Shown here: in pieces, positions 35,954 through 44,150 of the stretch
How positions within the stretch are numbered: the stretch's first letter is position 1
Layout of the letters: the number at the start of each line of letters is the position of its first letter
From: an uncultured Mycoplasmatota bacterium
GTDB taxonomy: Bacteria; Bacillota_I; Bacilli_A; RF39; UBA660
DNA: 45,420 nucleotides
NCBI GenBank assembly: GCA_947296775.1
Contig: CAMYRF010000001.1
Coordinates: 1-45,420, forward strand
Direction: 5' to 3'
The notes under the pieces: generated by a model
Databases searched by the model: none
What the model saw: the letters and a program-made list of their open reading frames with translations, nothing else
Told to the model about the DNA's origin: nothing
Translations under genes and position numbers: made by a program

Positions 35954-36439
35954 TTACTTGATTTGTAAATTTTGTTTTTCTTCAACATGGGCATATAATG
36001 TCATATTGTTTTTTAAAAAATTCTTAGTTGCTTTTTTGTCAATTTTAAATTTAATTTCTTCTTTGACTAAATCAGTATCTTTGTACTTATTGACAAACTC
36101 AGTTTCATTATCAATGACAACTGATGATGATTTAGTAAACCGCAATACACATTTAGGTGTTTCGATTTTCTTAATACCGTGTTCAAGCATATATTTTGCT
36201 AAGAACGCTTTTGTATTTTCATTTCTATTTTCAATCGCTTTAGCTCTATCCAATAAAACCTTAGCTTCTTCTTTTAATGCATTAACATCAACGTCATTGT
36301 TTTTTAACACTACCGCAATAGCTTCTAACTTATCATTTTCAGCTAACTGCAACTCTTGAAATCTTGCAATATCGGTAATCTCGCCAGTTTCTTCATCTAC
36401 AAGTGAATTAATCTCTTGATTAATTTCGTATAGTTTCAT
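35954..36439 (-). CDS. Siphovirus Gp157-like protein
   Basis: MKLYEINQEINSLVDEETGEI... is a typical N-terminus. Start reassigned after an AGGAGA RBS. Confidence 0.6.
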   Translation of the reverse strand: MKLYEINQEINSLVDEETGEITDIARFQELQLAENDKLEAIAVVLKNNDVDVNALKEEAKVLLDRAKAIENRNENTKAFLAKYMLEHGIKKIETPKCVLRFTKSSSVVIDNETEFVNKYKDTDLVKEEIKFKIDKKATKNFLKNNMTLYAHVEEKQNLQIK

Positions 36440-36458
36440 TATTTTCTGTCTCCTATTC

Positions 36459-37001
36459 TTAATCCAATTTATGTCTTTTATTAGCATTTTGCATCGACGT
36501 TGTTGCCCATCTGCAATTTTCCGGCGAATAGCAACCATCATTATTGATTCTATCAATGCTCAATTCATCACTATAACCATTTTCTATCGACCATTGTTCA
36601 AACGCTTTAAAATCATTTAACCATTCGTCACATATATAAATGCCCCGCTTACCATAATATTTGTAATTATGATTTTTGATGTTATAGCATCGTTCTTTCA
36701 TACCCCAATAAATTCTATAAATCCTATTTTTAACTCTAGGGATATCATCAATCATTAACTCTTTGTTTCTTTTTACAATTCTTTCACTATTAATGCATCC
36801 GCAACTTTTTGTGTGCCCATTTTTCAGGTAAACCCCTTTAGTTGTTATAATGTTTCCACATGAACATTTGCATTTCCACATTGAAAAACCTTTTTTATTA
36901 CCACAATCTTCAATGACGGTTAGTCTTTCGAATTTTTCATTTAAAAGATTAAGTCTTTTTCTACCCAATTTCGTAATACTTCCTAATTTCACTATCAACA
37001 A
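36459..37001 (-). CDS. HNH-type homing-endonuclease-like protein (start uncertain)
   Basis: CKCSCG...CGC zinc motif and SIDRINNDGCYSPENCRW...Q..N. Lies between Sak4 and Gp157. Confidence 0.5.
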   Translation of the reverse strand: MLIVKLGSITKLGRKRLNLLNEKFERLTVIEDCGNKKGFSMWKCKCSCGNIITTKGVYLKNGHTKSCGCINSERIVKRNKELMIDDIPRVKNRIYRIYWGMKERCYNIKNHNYKYYGKRGIYICDEWLNDFKAFEQWSIENGYSDELSIDRINNDGCYSPENCRWATTSMQNANKRHKLD

Positions 37002-37593
37002 ACTTTAGATCATTATCAATTTCAATATCTTCGAAAAGACCGATTGGTGTCTTGACTGGATTTAACCCATCACTTTTGGTTACAAATTTATATACACCAT
37101 CATTATTTTTAGCCATTATGACTATCGTAAACAATCCCTCTAATGTGAGTTGACTATCAATCATTTTCCCTGATGTTTTAGCCTTTACATGTCCATTATC
37201 TGTGGTATCAGTGTGATGCAACAAATAAACAATTACGTCTTTATCTAAGTCAGCGATAAAATCCAACAAACCCTTAAATTCAACTGCAATATCAGTGAAT
37301 TTCCCATAGCCAACCTCTTTAGCTTTGTCGAACATTTGAAAAGCCATTAAATACTGACTATCATCAATTACAAATGTTTTACATTTTTTTTGATATTTAG
37401 ATAATTTTTGTTTTATAACTGAATATCTTTCGCTTCCGTTACATTGCCTTAAATCTAAATTATTAAGTTTTTTTCTAAAAGGCAGTGCTTTTCCAGCAAC
37501 GTTTAGAATAAGTACATCCTCTTTTTCAAAGTTTCTTAACGAAGTGGATTTTCCACTCCCTGAACTGCCTAGTACAAGTACTGCTAATCCCAT
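36961..37593 (-). CDS. Sak4-like AAA (RecA-fold) ATPase
   Basis: Walker A GSSGSGKST; Walker B FVIDDSQ. Confidence 0.7.
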   Translation of the reverse strand: MGLAVLVLGSSGSGKSTSLRNFEKEDVLILNVAGKALPFRKKLNNLDLRQCNGSERYSVIKQKLSKYQKKCKTFVIDDSQYLMAFQMFDKAKEVGYGKFTDIAVEFKGLLDFIADLDKDVIVYLLHHTDTTDNGHVKAKTSGKMIDSQLTLEGLFTIVIMAKNNDGVYKFVTKSDGLNPVKTPIGLFEDIEIDNDLKFVDSEIRKYYEIG

Positions 37594-37733
37594 TTCTTAA
37601 TCTTCTCCCTTACATTCTTAATTTCTTCTTTTAATTCACTTGCCAAATCAAAATCAGCACTATCCCAGTGATCTTTCATTTCAAGTTCAAACAACTGCCG
37701 TTCTAATTGAAATAATTTTTCTTTTAATTTCAT
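37584..37733 (-). CDS. Small coiled-coil protein
   Basis: GGAGGA RBS before MKLKEKLF. Confidence 0.45.
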   Translation of the reverse strand: MKLKEKLFQLERQLFELEMKDHWDSADFDLASELKEEIKNVREKIKKWD

Positions 37734-37734
37734 T

Positions 37735-38220
37735 TTATTCCTCCAGTATAAATATTTCTTTGTATTTTCTATCAAATTTACTGTGGTCAGTTACATATAT
37801 ATCTATTATCTGTCCCTTAAATGAGCCAGTATCCTCAGCTATGTAAACATGGTTGTCAATCATAATTTTAGAACCCAGAGGGATATAATCAGTATCCACC
37901 CCTATGGTTCTGCCTTCTACATAATCTGTACCTAAACGTGTTAAATATCCCGTCCATTTACCGTTACACTCATAACAACTGCAGTAGTTAGTTATTTTAT
38001 AAATTCCTAACGATCTTCATTTTGGTAATGAATTCTGGTATTCTTCTGCAAGTAATTCATTTTTAGCTTTTAGGTCATTGATTACATTCTCCAATCTGGT
38101 TACTTCATTATTTAATTTTAAATTTTCATACTGTAATGACTGTCCGTAAACATAGCCAATCGACAACAAAAATAACAAAATACTAATTATTAATACTTTA
38201 AACTTCTTCAATATTTGCAT
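37735..38220 (-). pseudogene. 3D-domain (MltA/YuiC-like) cell-wall protein interrupted by one in-frame TGA at 38017-38019
   Basis: The N-terminal TM plus coiled coil (67 aa) and the C-terminal 3D domain (ITNYCSCYECNGKWTGYLTRLGT...IGVDTDYIPLGSKI...AEDTGSFKGQIIDIY) share a frame. The 3D part has no start codon of its own. Confidence 0.7.
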
Positions 38221-38254
38221 TCCCTCCGTTTATCCTCTATAATGAAGATGGTTT

Positions 38255-38524
38255 TTATTTGTTAGGTACTGTTGGCGCAGTGCCTTTTTGTTTTATAATA
38301 ATTTCTGCTAAAGCCTGAACAAGTTCTATTGATGGGCTTGGATTCCATTTAGTCATGTAATCCTCAAACGCTGTTCTAGGGATTACAATAGATCTATGAC
38401 CGTTTTTATTCTTGGTACAGCTTCCAGGAAATACACCCTGCTCCACCGCATTTCTTACCCAGGCTGGATCCTTTTTTAAACGTCTAGCACATTCCTCAAC
38501 ACTTATTGTCTCCATCTTTCTCAC
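38255..38524 (-). CDS. Excisionase-like / MerR-type HTH DNA-binding protein
   Basis: ISVEECARRLKKDPAWVRNAVEQGVFPG is an HTH_17-like motif. Confidence 0.55.
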   Translation of the reverse strand: MRKMETISVEECARRLKKDPAWVRNAVEQGVFPGSCTKNKNGHRSIVIPRTAFEDYMTKWNPSPSIELVQALAEIIIKQKGTAPTVPNK

Positions 38525-38527
38525 CTC

Positions 38528-39322
38528 CTAATTTAGTGATAAATTTTGTTCAATCATAGGCAAAATATCATTTGCTTTTAATAACTCATACAGAAATAAC
38601 CGCCCTTTTTGTGTCCATTTAGTATTCATTTTTACATCAGGCATACCATTACTTCGAGTAATATCAATAGTTTCAGACTGTGTATAACCTTTGTTTTGAT
38701 ATTTACTATATAAAAGCCACTGTCCTGACTGTTTGTATTGAATACCTAAATTATGTAGTATATTATTAAGTGCTTTCCCACTTTTACCATAATCCTTAGC
38801 AATTTGAGAGATAGTTACTAAACCTTTATTTTTTAAAATCAGATCACAGTAATCTGCTTTTGGTTTTAACTCAGCTATCTGTTGATCTTTTATTTTATTT
38901 GAAAGTTCTAATTTCTCATTTTCTTCAATTCGAGCTAACAATTGAAGAAGCGCTTCTTTGTAATTACTTGGTAAAGCACTCGGTTTAGCTTCTCTTGATT
39001 TAAAATAGTGTTCGACCAAACTATCATATACCTCCCATGCTTTATCAGTGTTTAAAGACTTAGCATGTAAGAACGCTCCACGTTCTGTCCATAAATAAAT
39101 TGTTTTAGCATTTTTTAAACCTCGGTCAAATTGTCCTTGGTCTATAAATTCTTTCTTTTCTACACCTTCCAAAGTAAAATAATGCTTTCCTTCTTGGTAT
39201 CTTTCTTTGTTTCTATTAAAATTTTTAGTTACAACATCTGTTGTTGTACCATAGCTTTCAGCTAACTGACTTGTTAATAACACCCTTTGATTTTCGTACT
39301 CGATAATCTGTAATTGATTCAT
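38528..39322 (-). CDS. Antirepressor: ORF6N N-terminal domain plus KilAC C-terminal domain
   Basis: NQRVLLTSQLAESYG...FNRNKERYQEGKHYF at the N-terminus; SNYKEALLQL...ISQIAKDYGKSGKALNNIL at the C-terminus. Confidence 0.7.
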   Translation of the reverse strand: MNQLQIIEYENQRVLLTSQLAESYGTTTDVVTKNFNRNKERYQEGKHYFTLEGVEKKEFIDQGQFDRGLKNAKTIYLWTERGAFLHAKSLNTDKAWEVYDSLVEHYFKSREAKPSALPSNYKEALLQLLARIEENEKLELSNKIKDQQIAELKPKADYCDLILKNKGLVTISQIAKDYGKSGKALNNILHNLGIQYKQSGQWLLYSKYQNKGYTQSETIDITRSNGMPDVKMNTKWTQKGRLFLYELLKANDILPMIEQNLSLN

Positions 39323-39383
39323 AAAATAATTTCCTTTCTTTTGTGTTATAATGAGATAAAGTAACAAGAAAGCAGGATCGACT

Positions 39384-39707
39384 ATGAAAAATCAATTTGA
39401 TGATGTGATTCTCATGAAAGAAGAATTACAACTTCTTAAGAAAATCCATAAAAATCCACATTTTAATATCAACGATATCTCATTTGATAAATATAGATTG
39501 TTTTTAAGTTATGGTTTTATAGAACGTGACTATAGCGGTAAAATAGACTATAGGGGTCAAAATATTTTTGATAATACTGTTTGTACTACTGCAAATTACA
39601 AACGATTTTTAAAAAATCGTAAAAATAATTTTATAGAAAGGAAATTTCCTATAATAATTTCTTGTATTGCATTAGTTATCTCAATAATCGCACTAATAAA
39701 GCAATAA
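39384..39707 (+). CDS. Opposite-strand moron with a soluble N-terminal domain and a C-terminal TM anchor
   Basis: 107 aa with the hydrophobic C-terminus FPIIISCIALVISIIALI. A hairpin lies downstream. Confidence 0.55.
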   Translation: MKNQFDDVILMKEELQLLKKIHKNPHFNINDISFDKYRLFLSYGFIERDYSGKIDYRGQNIFDNTVCTTANYKRFLKNRKNNFIERKFPIIISCIALVISIIALIKQ

Positions 39708-39778
39708 TTGATATTACCAGGCTTGTTAATGAAACAATCAGCGGTGTCCAGTTTCGTTTCATATTTTTTATTCCTTTC

Positions 39779-40483
39779 TTAAAATTTAAAATCTTGTTGT
39801 TCATACCCTAAGACACCAATAATAGTCGCTCTTGATGGTTGCCAATCATTGATAAAATCTAAAATTTTGTAATAATCTTTCTTTAAAATTTGATTCCTAT
39901 GTTTTACACCACCGACAAGTAATACTTCATGATTAAATTCATTAAATAATTTTCTGCGCTGATTACCACGCACAATTAATCCTTCGTCTTTGATAACATT
40001 GTTAATACGTTTTTGTATTCTAGTACCAATCTCTGAATATTCATTTTGAGAAATCGTTTGTACCGATTCTAATTGAGTTACACGAGCTTCAATTTGTTCT
40101 GTTGCTTCAAACATTAGCCTTAATGCTTGCATTGGATCATGCTGAATAGAATATGTACCAGTTCTCCTCAATGTTGGTAATACTTCTGAGGTAACCCATC
40201 TTTTAAATTTTTTAGCCGTTGGTAATTTGCTTGATAACACTAGACTATACAATCCACTTTCATTAATAATGATTACATTTTGTTTTCCTCCTGGTGTCAC
40301 CATTTCAGTGACCCCTTTATCTTCTTCGTCAACATGTCTAGCTATCGCATTATTCAACGACTTGCCTTCACCATATCCCAACGCTCTTGCTACATCCTTT
40401 CCGACAAACCATGGGTCACTGTCAACGCTCAAACTTCTAACTTCTCCAAATTCTTCATTTTTGAAAATTTTTAACTCATTCAT
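39779..40483 (-). CDS. BRO-N domain antirepressor-like protein
   Basis: FGEVRSLSVDSDPWFVGKDVARALGY...INESGLYSLVLSSKLPTAKKFKRWVTSEVLP. Confidence 0.8.
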   Translation of the reverse strand: MNELKIFKNEEFGEVRSLSVDSDPWFVGKDVARALGYGEGKSLNNAIARHVDEEDKGVTEMVTPGGKQNVIIINESGLYSLVLSSKLPTAKKFKRWVTSEVLPTLRRTGTYSIQHDPMQALRLMFEATEQIEARVTQLESVQTISQNEYSEIGTRIQKRINNVIKDEGLIVRGNQRRKLFNEFNHEVLLVGGVKHRNQILKKDYYKILDFINDWQPSRATIIGVLGYEQQDFKF

Positions 40484-40506
40484 GTAATGTACTCCTTTCA
40501 TTCTTT

Positions 40507-40716
40507 TTAAGAAATCACTTTTTTAAGATCACCATTTTTAAAATTATAATCTTTCGGATTATTTTCTTTTTCAACCTGGTTCGTAGACATATGCAAACCT
40601 CTTATAAGCCAGGTTAAGCGATCTGAAGCTTGAGGGTCTCTTTCTTTAATTTCAACAAGCATAGTTACCACCTCAATAATATCTTGTTGAGTATCTAAAA
40701 ATTTTTCTGGTCCCAT
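40507..40716 (-). CDS. First early gene (in the Cro position), function unknown
   Basis: AAGGAAGTG RBS; start reassigned to the ATG (MGPEKF). Confidence 0.5.
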   Translation of the reverse strand: MGPEKFLDTQQDIIEVVTMLVEIKERDPQASDRLTWLIRGLHMSTNQVEKENNPKDYNFKNGDLKKVIS

Positions 40717-40748
40717 ACAATTCACTTCCTTTCTTGAGTTAATCCCTC

Positions 40749-40797
40749 AAACCTATATATCAGATTGGGGGAAGAGATAAAACTGATATATAGGTTT
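40749..40797 (-). promoter_or_regulatory. 15-bp perfect inverted repeat (19-nt loop) in the early-operon leader
   Basis: AAACCTATATATCAG ... CTGATATATAGGTTT. Confidence 0.5.
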
Positions 40798-40839
40798 CAA
40801 AAATTAAATTTTTGTTGTGTTTTCAAACTTTATAACCAC

Positions 40840-40868
40840 ATTATAGTTGCGTTTTAAACCTTTGTCAA
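40840..40868 (-). promoter_or_regulatory. Early (lytic) promoter with perfect consensus
   Basis: Minus strand TTGACA-17 nt-TATAAT. Confidence 0.7.
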
Positions 40869-40878
40869 TATAAAGTTG

Positions 40879-40907
40879 TTGCATTTTCAAACTTTTAGTT
40901 ATATACT
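40879..40907 (+). promoter_or_regulatory. Repressor promoter, back-to-back with the early promoter
   Basis: TTGCAT-17 nt-TATACT. A TTTTCAAACTT repeat lies in the spacer and recurs at 40820. Confidence 0.55.
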
Positions 40908-40929
40908 TTATTTAAGAAAGGAGAGAAAA

Positions 40930-41316
40930 ATGAATACAATAGAAAATAGAATAAAATTACTTAGAAAAACACTTGGTCTAAGTATGGAAAAATTTGGAGA
41001 AAAAATCGGATTAAGTAAAACTACTATTTCTAGAGTAGAAAGTGGCGATAGTCCTTTAACACAAAAAAATATTAAATTAATTTGTTCTATTTATAATGTT
41101 GACTATTTTTGGTTAACCGAAGGCACTGGTGAAATGTTTCTTGAATTTCCAGATGTAGCAATTGATATGATTGTCGAAGATTACAAGTTAGATGAAATTG
41201 ATCGTCTTTTGGTTCAAACGTATATTGAAACAAATGATGAAGATCGAAAAGTTATTAAGAATTTTTTACAAACATTTGCAAAAAAAATTGAACAAAAAAA
41301 AGACGAGAAAACTTAA
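40930..41316 (+). CDS. CI-like XRE-family repressor
   Basis: LGLSMEKFGEKIGLSKTTISRVESG is an HTH motif. Transcribed divergently from the early operon. Confidence 0.8.
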   Translation: MNTIENRIKLLRKTLGLSMEKFGEKIGLSKTTISRVESGDSPLTQKNIKLICSIYNVDYFWLTEGTGEMFLEFPDVAIDMIVEDYKLDEIDRLLVQTYIETNDEDRKVIKNFLQTFAKKIEQKKDEKT

Positions 41317-41328
41317 TCTCGTCTTTTA
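41301..41328 (+). terminator. Intrinsic terminator after the repressor gene
   Basis: AGACGAG-loop-CTCGTCT followed by TTTT. Confidence 0.6.
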
Positions 41329-41445
41329 GTCATAATGACTATTATAATACTTAATCACATAACAATACATCCTTTTAATATCATTAAGCGTCATTACCTT
41401 TAACATCATAAAAATCTTTCTTAAATATGCTTTTTTCTCATTCAT
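41326..41445 (-). CDS. 39-aa small protein downstream of the LytTR regulator
   Basis: AGAGGGGAAGG RBS. Sequence MNEKKAYLRKIFMMLKVMTLNDIKRMYCYVIKYYNSHYD. Confidence 0.4.
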   Translation of the reverse strand: MNEKKAYLRKIFMMLKVMTLNDIKRMYCYVIKYYNSHYD

Positions 41446-41558
41446 AATTCCTTCCCCTCTTAGTATATTTGTCCTTATATTTATTCTAGCAGTATAAATA
41501 TAAAATTTAAATATATGTGGGATACTTTTGATTTTTCTGGGGTACTTTTTTACAATTT

Positions 41559-42245
41559 CTATGATTTTCGCCATCTATACTGTTTGTAAGCCTCTAAAAC
41601 ATCTCTGTATCGTGCTGGACTAACAGAAATTTTTACATTATCATTCAGTATAACATAGTCTTTGTTAATAGCAGTTATATACGCAACATTAATAACATAC
41701 GACACATGGCATCTTATAAAATCATATTCCTTTAATGTTTTTTCTATTGCAGATATTTTTGCTCTTTGCTTTATTTTTCTGTTGTTATCTAAAGTGTAAT
41801 AAACATAATTAGACTTAGATTCAACGAATATAATCTGTGATACCTTAATTGTATCATCATTGACTTCAATTTTAGCATTTTTCCTTCTGTTCTTGTAATT
41901 TATTATATTCATACATTCTTTTAAATCCGTTACCAGTTTTTCTTTTCTTATAAAATACAAGGGCATTGCTACAAAAGAATAATGCACATAATTCTCATGT
42001 GAAGATACAAAAATAATATCAGGAGCATTACCACGCTGATTATAACGATAGTATTCAACTGCAAGATCAATACCATTTTCACTCCCAAGTTCGATATCTA
42101 AAAAAAGAGTTTTAATGCTATTATTTGCTAAAAAAACAGTGTCAAAATTTGTTAATATCTTTATTTCTTTTTCAATATAATATTTTTCTAATTCTTTTTT
42201 TAAAATTTCTGCAAAATCATAATCATCATCGATTATTACTATCAT
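41559..42245 (-). CDS. AgrA-like response regulator (receiver domain plus LytTR DNA-binding domain), orphan
   Basis: IIDDD, FLDIELGSENGIDL and IIFVSSH...YFIRK parallel the AgrA receiver. The C-terminus (FVES...FIRCHVSYVINV) is LytTR-like. Confidence 0.8.
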   Translation of the reverse strand: MIVIIDDDYDFAEILKKELEKYYIEKEIKILTNFDTVFLANNSIKTLFLDIELGSENGIDLAVEYYRYNQRGNAPDIIFVSSHENYVHYSFVAMPLYFIRKEKLVTDLKECMNIINYKNRRKNAKIEVNDDTIKVSQIIFVESKSNYVYYTLDNNRKIKQRAKISAIEKTLKEYDFIRCHVSYVINVAYITAINKDYVILNDNVKISVSPARYRDVLEAYKQYRWRKS

Positions 42246-42532
42246 AAATTTCCTCCTATAAGATTATTATGTGCTCTCGCACACTTTAATAATCCTTTTC
42301 TATCACCTCCTTTATTTTTATTTTGTTTATTTGCATTTTATGTTAATATGAAAACAAGCACAACACATTACATAGTTGTATTCTAATAGTAAAAAAATAA
42401 CAAATTGTAAATTTAAGATTTTAACAAACAATCGCAAAAAAAAGCACCTAAATTCTGGTGCTAATGTTTAACAATTTTTGGGACATTTTCAAATTCGCTT
42501 GACAGCAATTAAAGAAAGGACGTGATTTTATT

Positions 42533-43639
42533 ATGGCTAGAAAGCAGACTTTTAAGCGCAGACCAAACAAAGCGGGAACAGTAGTAAAATTATCAGGGAA
42601 GCGAAGAAAGCCTTACTGTGCAAAAATAACTGCTGGTAGAGACCAGATTACAGGCAGACAGATACAAAAATCTATTGGAACATATGAAACTTGGGAAGAA
42701 GCTGATGATGCTTTAACTTTATACCGATTAAATAAAAGAAAAATGATCAGTGATCAAGAGGCTATGTCTCTAGCCCCTGCAACATTTAATAAATTAGTAG
42801 AGCAGAGGAATAAAAGCATACCAACTTTTAAGGAAATTTATGACCTGGTATACGAAGAAGATTTATGTAAATTAGCCACTAATACAACAAAAGGATACAT
42901 TAACGCAGTAAAACATTTTAAGTCGATCTATAACATAAAAATAAACAATATAAGCCTAGCAATGCTTCAGGATCTTTTTGACAACGACAGCACGGGTCAT
43001 GGCATGAAATCATTAATGAAAATTTTATGTGCTAAAATTTTTAAATATGCAGTAATTCATAAATATATAAACCGTGATGATAACTACGTTGAATATATCA
43101 GATTAGGTGAATACAAAGAAAGTACATTACACTATGCTTTTACAAGTAAAGAAATAAAAACATTGATTAATGATGGCTCGCTCGATGCTAAAATAGTTTT
43201 AATTTATATTTTTACAGGCGTTCGAGCAAATGAACTTCTTAATCTGCCAAAAGAAAATATTACCATAAGTGAGATTTCTTATTTTGTTACAGGAATTAAA
43301 ACAACAGCTGGTAAAAATCGTATTGTCCCTATCCATGATTTTATAAAACCTTTTATTATAGAACTGATGGATGCAAGCAAAAAAGAAACGATAATAAATT
43401 ACAGCTATGACAATTTTAGAAGACGCCATTTTTCTGAATTGATGAAAAAATTAAATATGAAACACACATTGCATGATACTAGAGATACTTTTGCTACTCT
43501 CTGCCAAGAGAACAATATCGATATATTTATTAGAAAAAGAATTTTAGGACACAAGATGCGGGACATAACATTTGATACATATACTACAACTGTAATTGAA
43601 ACGTTATGCAAAGAGGTTAATAAGATTAAAATCCCATAG
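42533..43639 (+). CDS. int: Tyrosine integrase
   Basis: HDTRDTFATL, LGH and a C-terminal Tyr region; 368 aa. Confidence 0.9.
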   Translation: MARKQTFKRRPNKAGTVVKLSGKRRKPYCAKITAGRDQITGRQIQKSIGTYETWEEADDALTLYRLNKRKMISDQEAMSLAPATFNKLVEQRNKSIPTFKEIYDLVYEEDLCKLATNTTKGYINAVKHFKSIYNIKINNISLAMLQDLFDNDSTGHGMKSLMKILCAKIFKYAVIHKYINRDDNYVEYIRLGEYKESTLHYAFTSKEIKTLINDGSLDAKIVLIYIFTGVRANELLNLPKENITISEISYFVTGIKTTAGKNRIVPIHDFIKPFIIELMDASKKETIINYSYDNFRRRHFSELMKKLNMKHTLHDTRDTFATLCQENNIDIFIRKRILGHKMRDITFDTYTTTVIETLCKEVNKIKIP

Positions 43640-43850
43640 TTTTTTGTTACTTATTTGTTACTTATTAGGCACATTTCGTCACTTTTCATCGCCCAAGCAC
43701 CTTAAAAATACGTTATTTAGTATATTTTAAATATTATCTACAATAATATTTTTTTAGCGTATACCAACGTTTTTGAGATATTTGTTACTTATTTGTTATT
43801 TACAGAGTACATTTTATCACATTTTTTTATCACAAAAGCACCCAAGTTTA
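43640..43850. other. attP-like region with arm-type direct repeats
   Basis: TTGTTACTTATTTGTTA(C/T)TTA occurs at 43644 and 43782. Each occurrence is a tandem of an 11-mer. Confidence 0.5.
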
Positions 43851-43866
43851 TCGGGTGCTTTCTTTT
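43834..43866. terminator. Bidirectional hairpin terminator
   Basis: AAAGCACCC-loop-GGGTGCTTT. Confidence 0.6.
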
Positions 43867-43991
43867 ATTATCTTCTTTAATTTATCCCTAATTTCATGCA
43901 GTTCATCAACTGTCTTTTCAATATCCCTATCAGCTTTTAGCTCCTCTACAGTTTCGTTTAGCTTTTTACTTATTTCCCTTAACTCCTCCAT
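43848..43991 (-). CDS. 47-aa coiled-coil protein downstream of the Abi gene
   Basis: GGAGGGAAG RBS. Sequence MEELREISKKLNETVEELK... Confidence 0.45.
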   Translation of the reverse strand: MEELREISKKLNETVEELKADRDIEKTVDELHEIRDKLKKIIKESTR

Positions 43992-44150
43992 TTTTCTTCC
44001 CTCCTGAATATAATTATATAGACAAATTATAAAGTATTCTGCCATATTTTTGTAGACTGATAAGGACTGTAAAGCAGATTTAAAGGATAAAAAAACAGAT
44101 ACTGCAGAATTTAAAAGGATATTAAAAAATTTATACTAGGATTTAAATAT

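Noticed and set aside
42246-42532. Possible tiny leader peptide (GTG TGC GAG AGC ACA TAA) after AAGGAGGTG upstream of the LytTR gene, and a hairpin plus T8 on the minus strand at about 42440-42470
   Set aside because: The ORF is too short and unsupported to call. The hairpin could terminate antisense transcription into the LytTR gene, but nothing upstream on that strand needs terminating. It is noted only.
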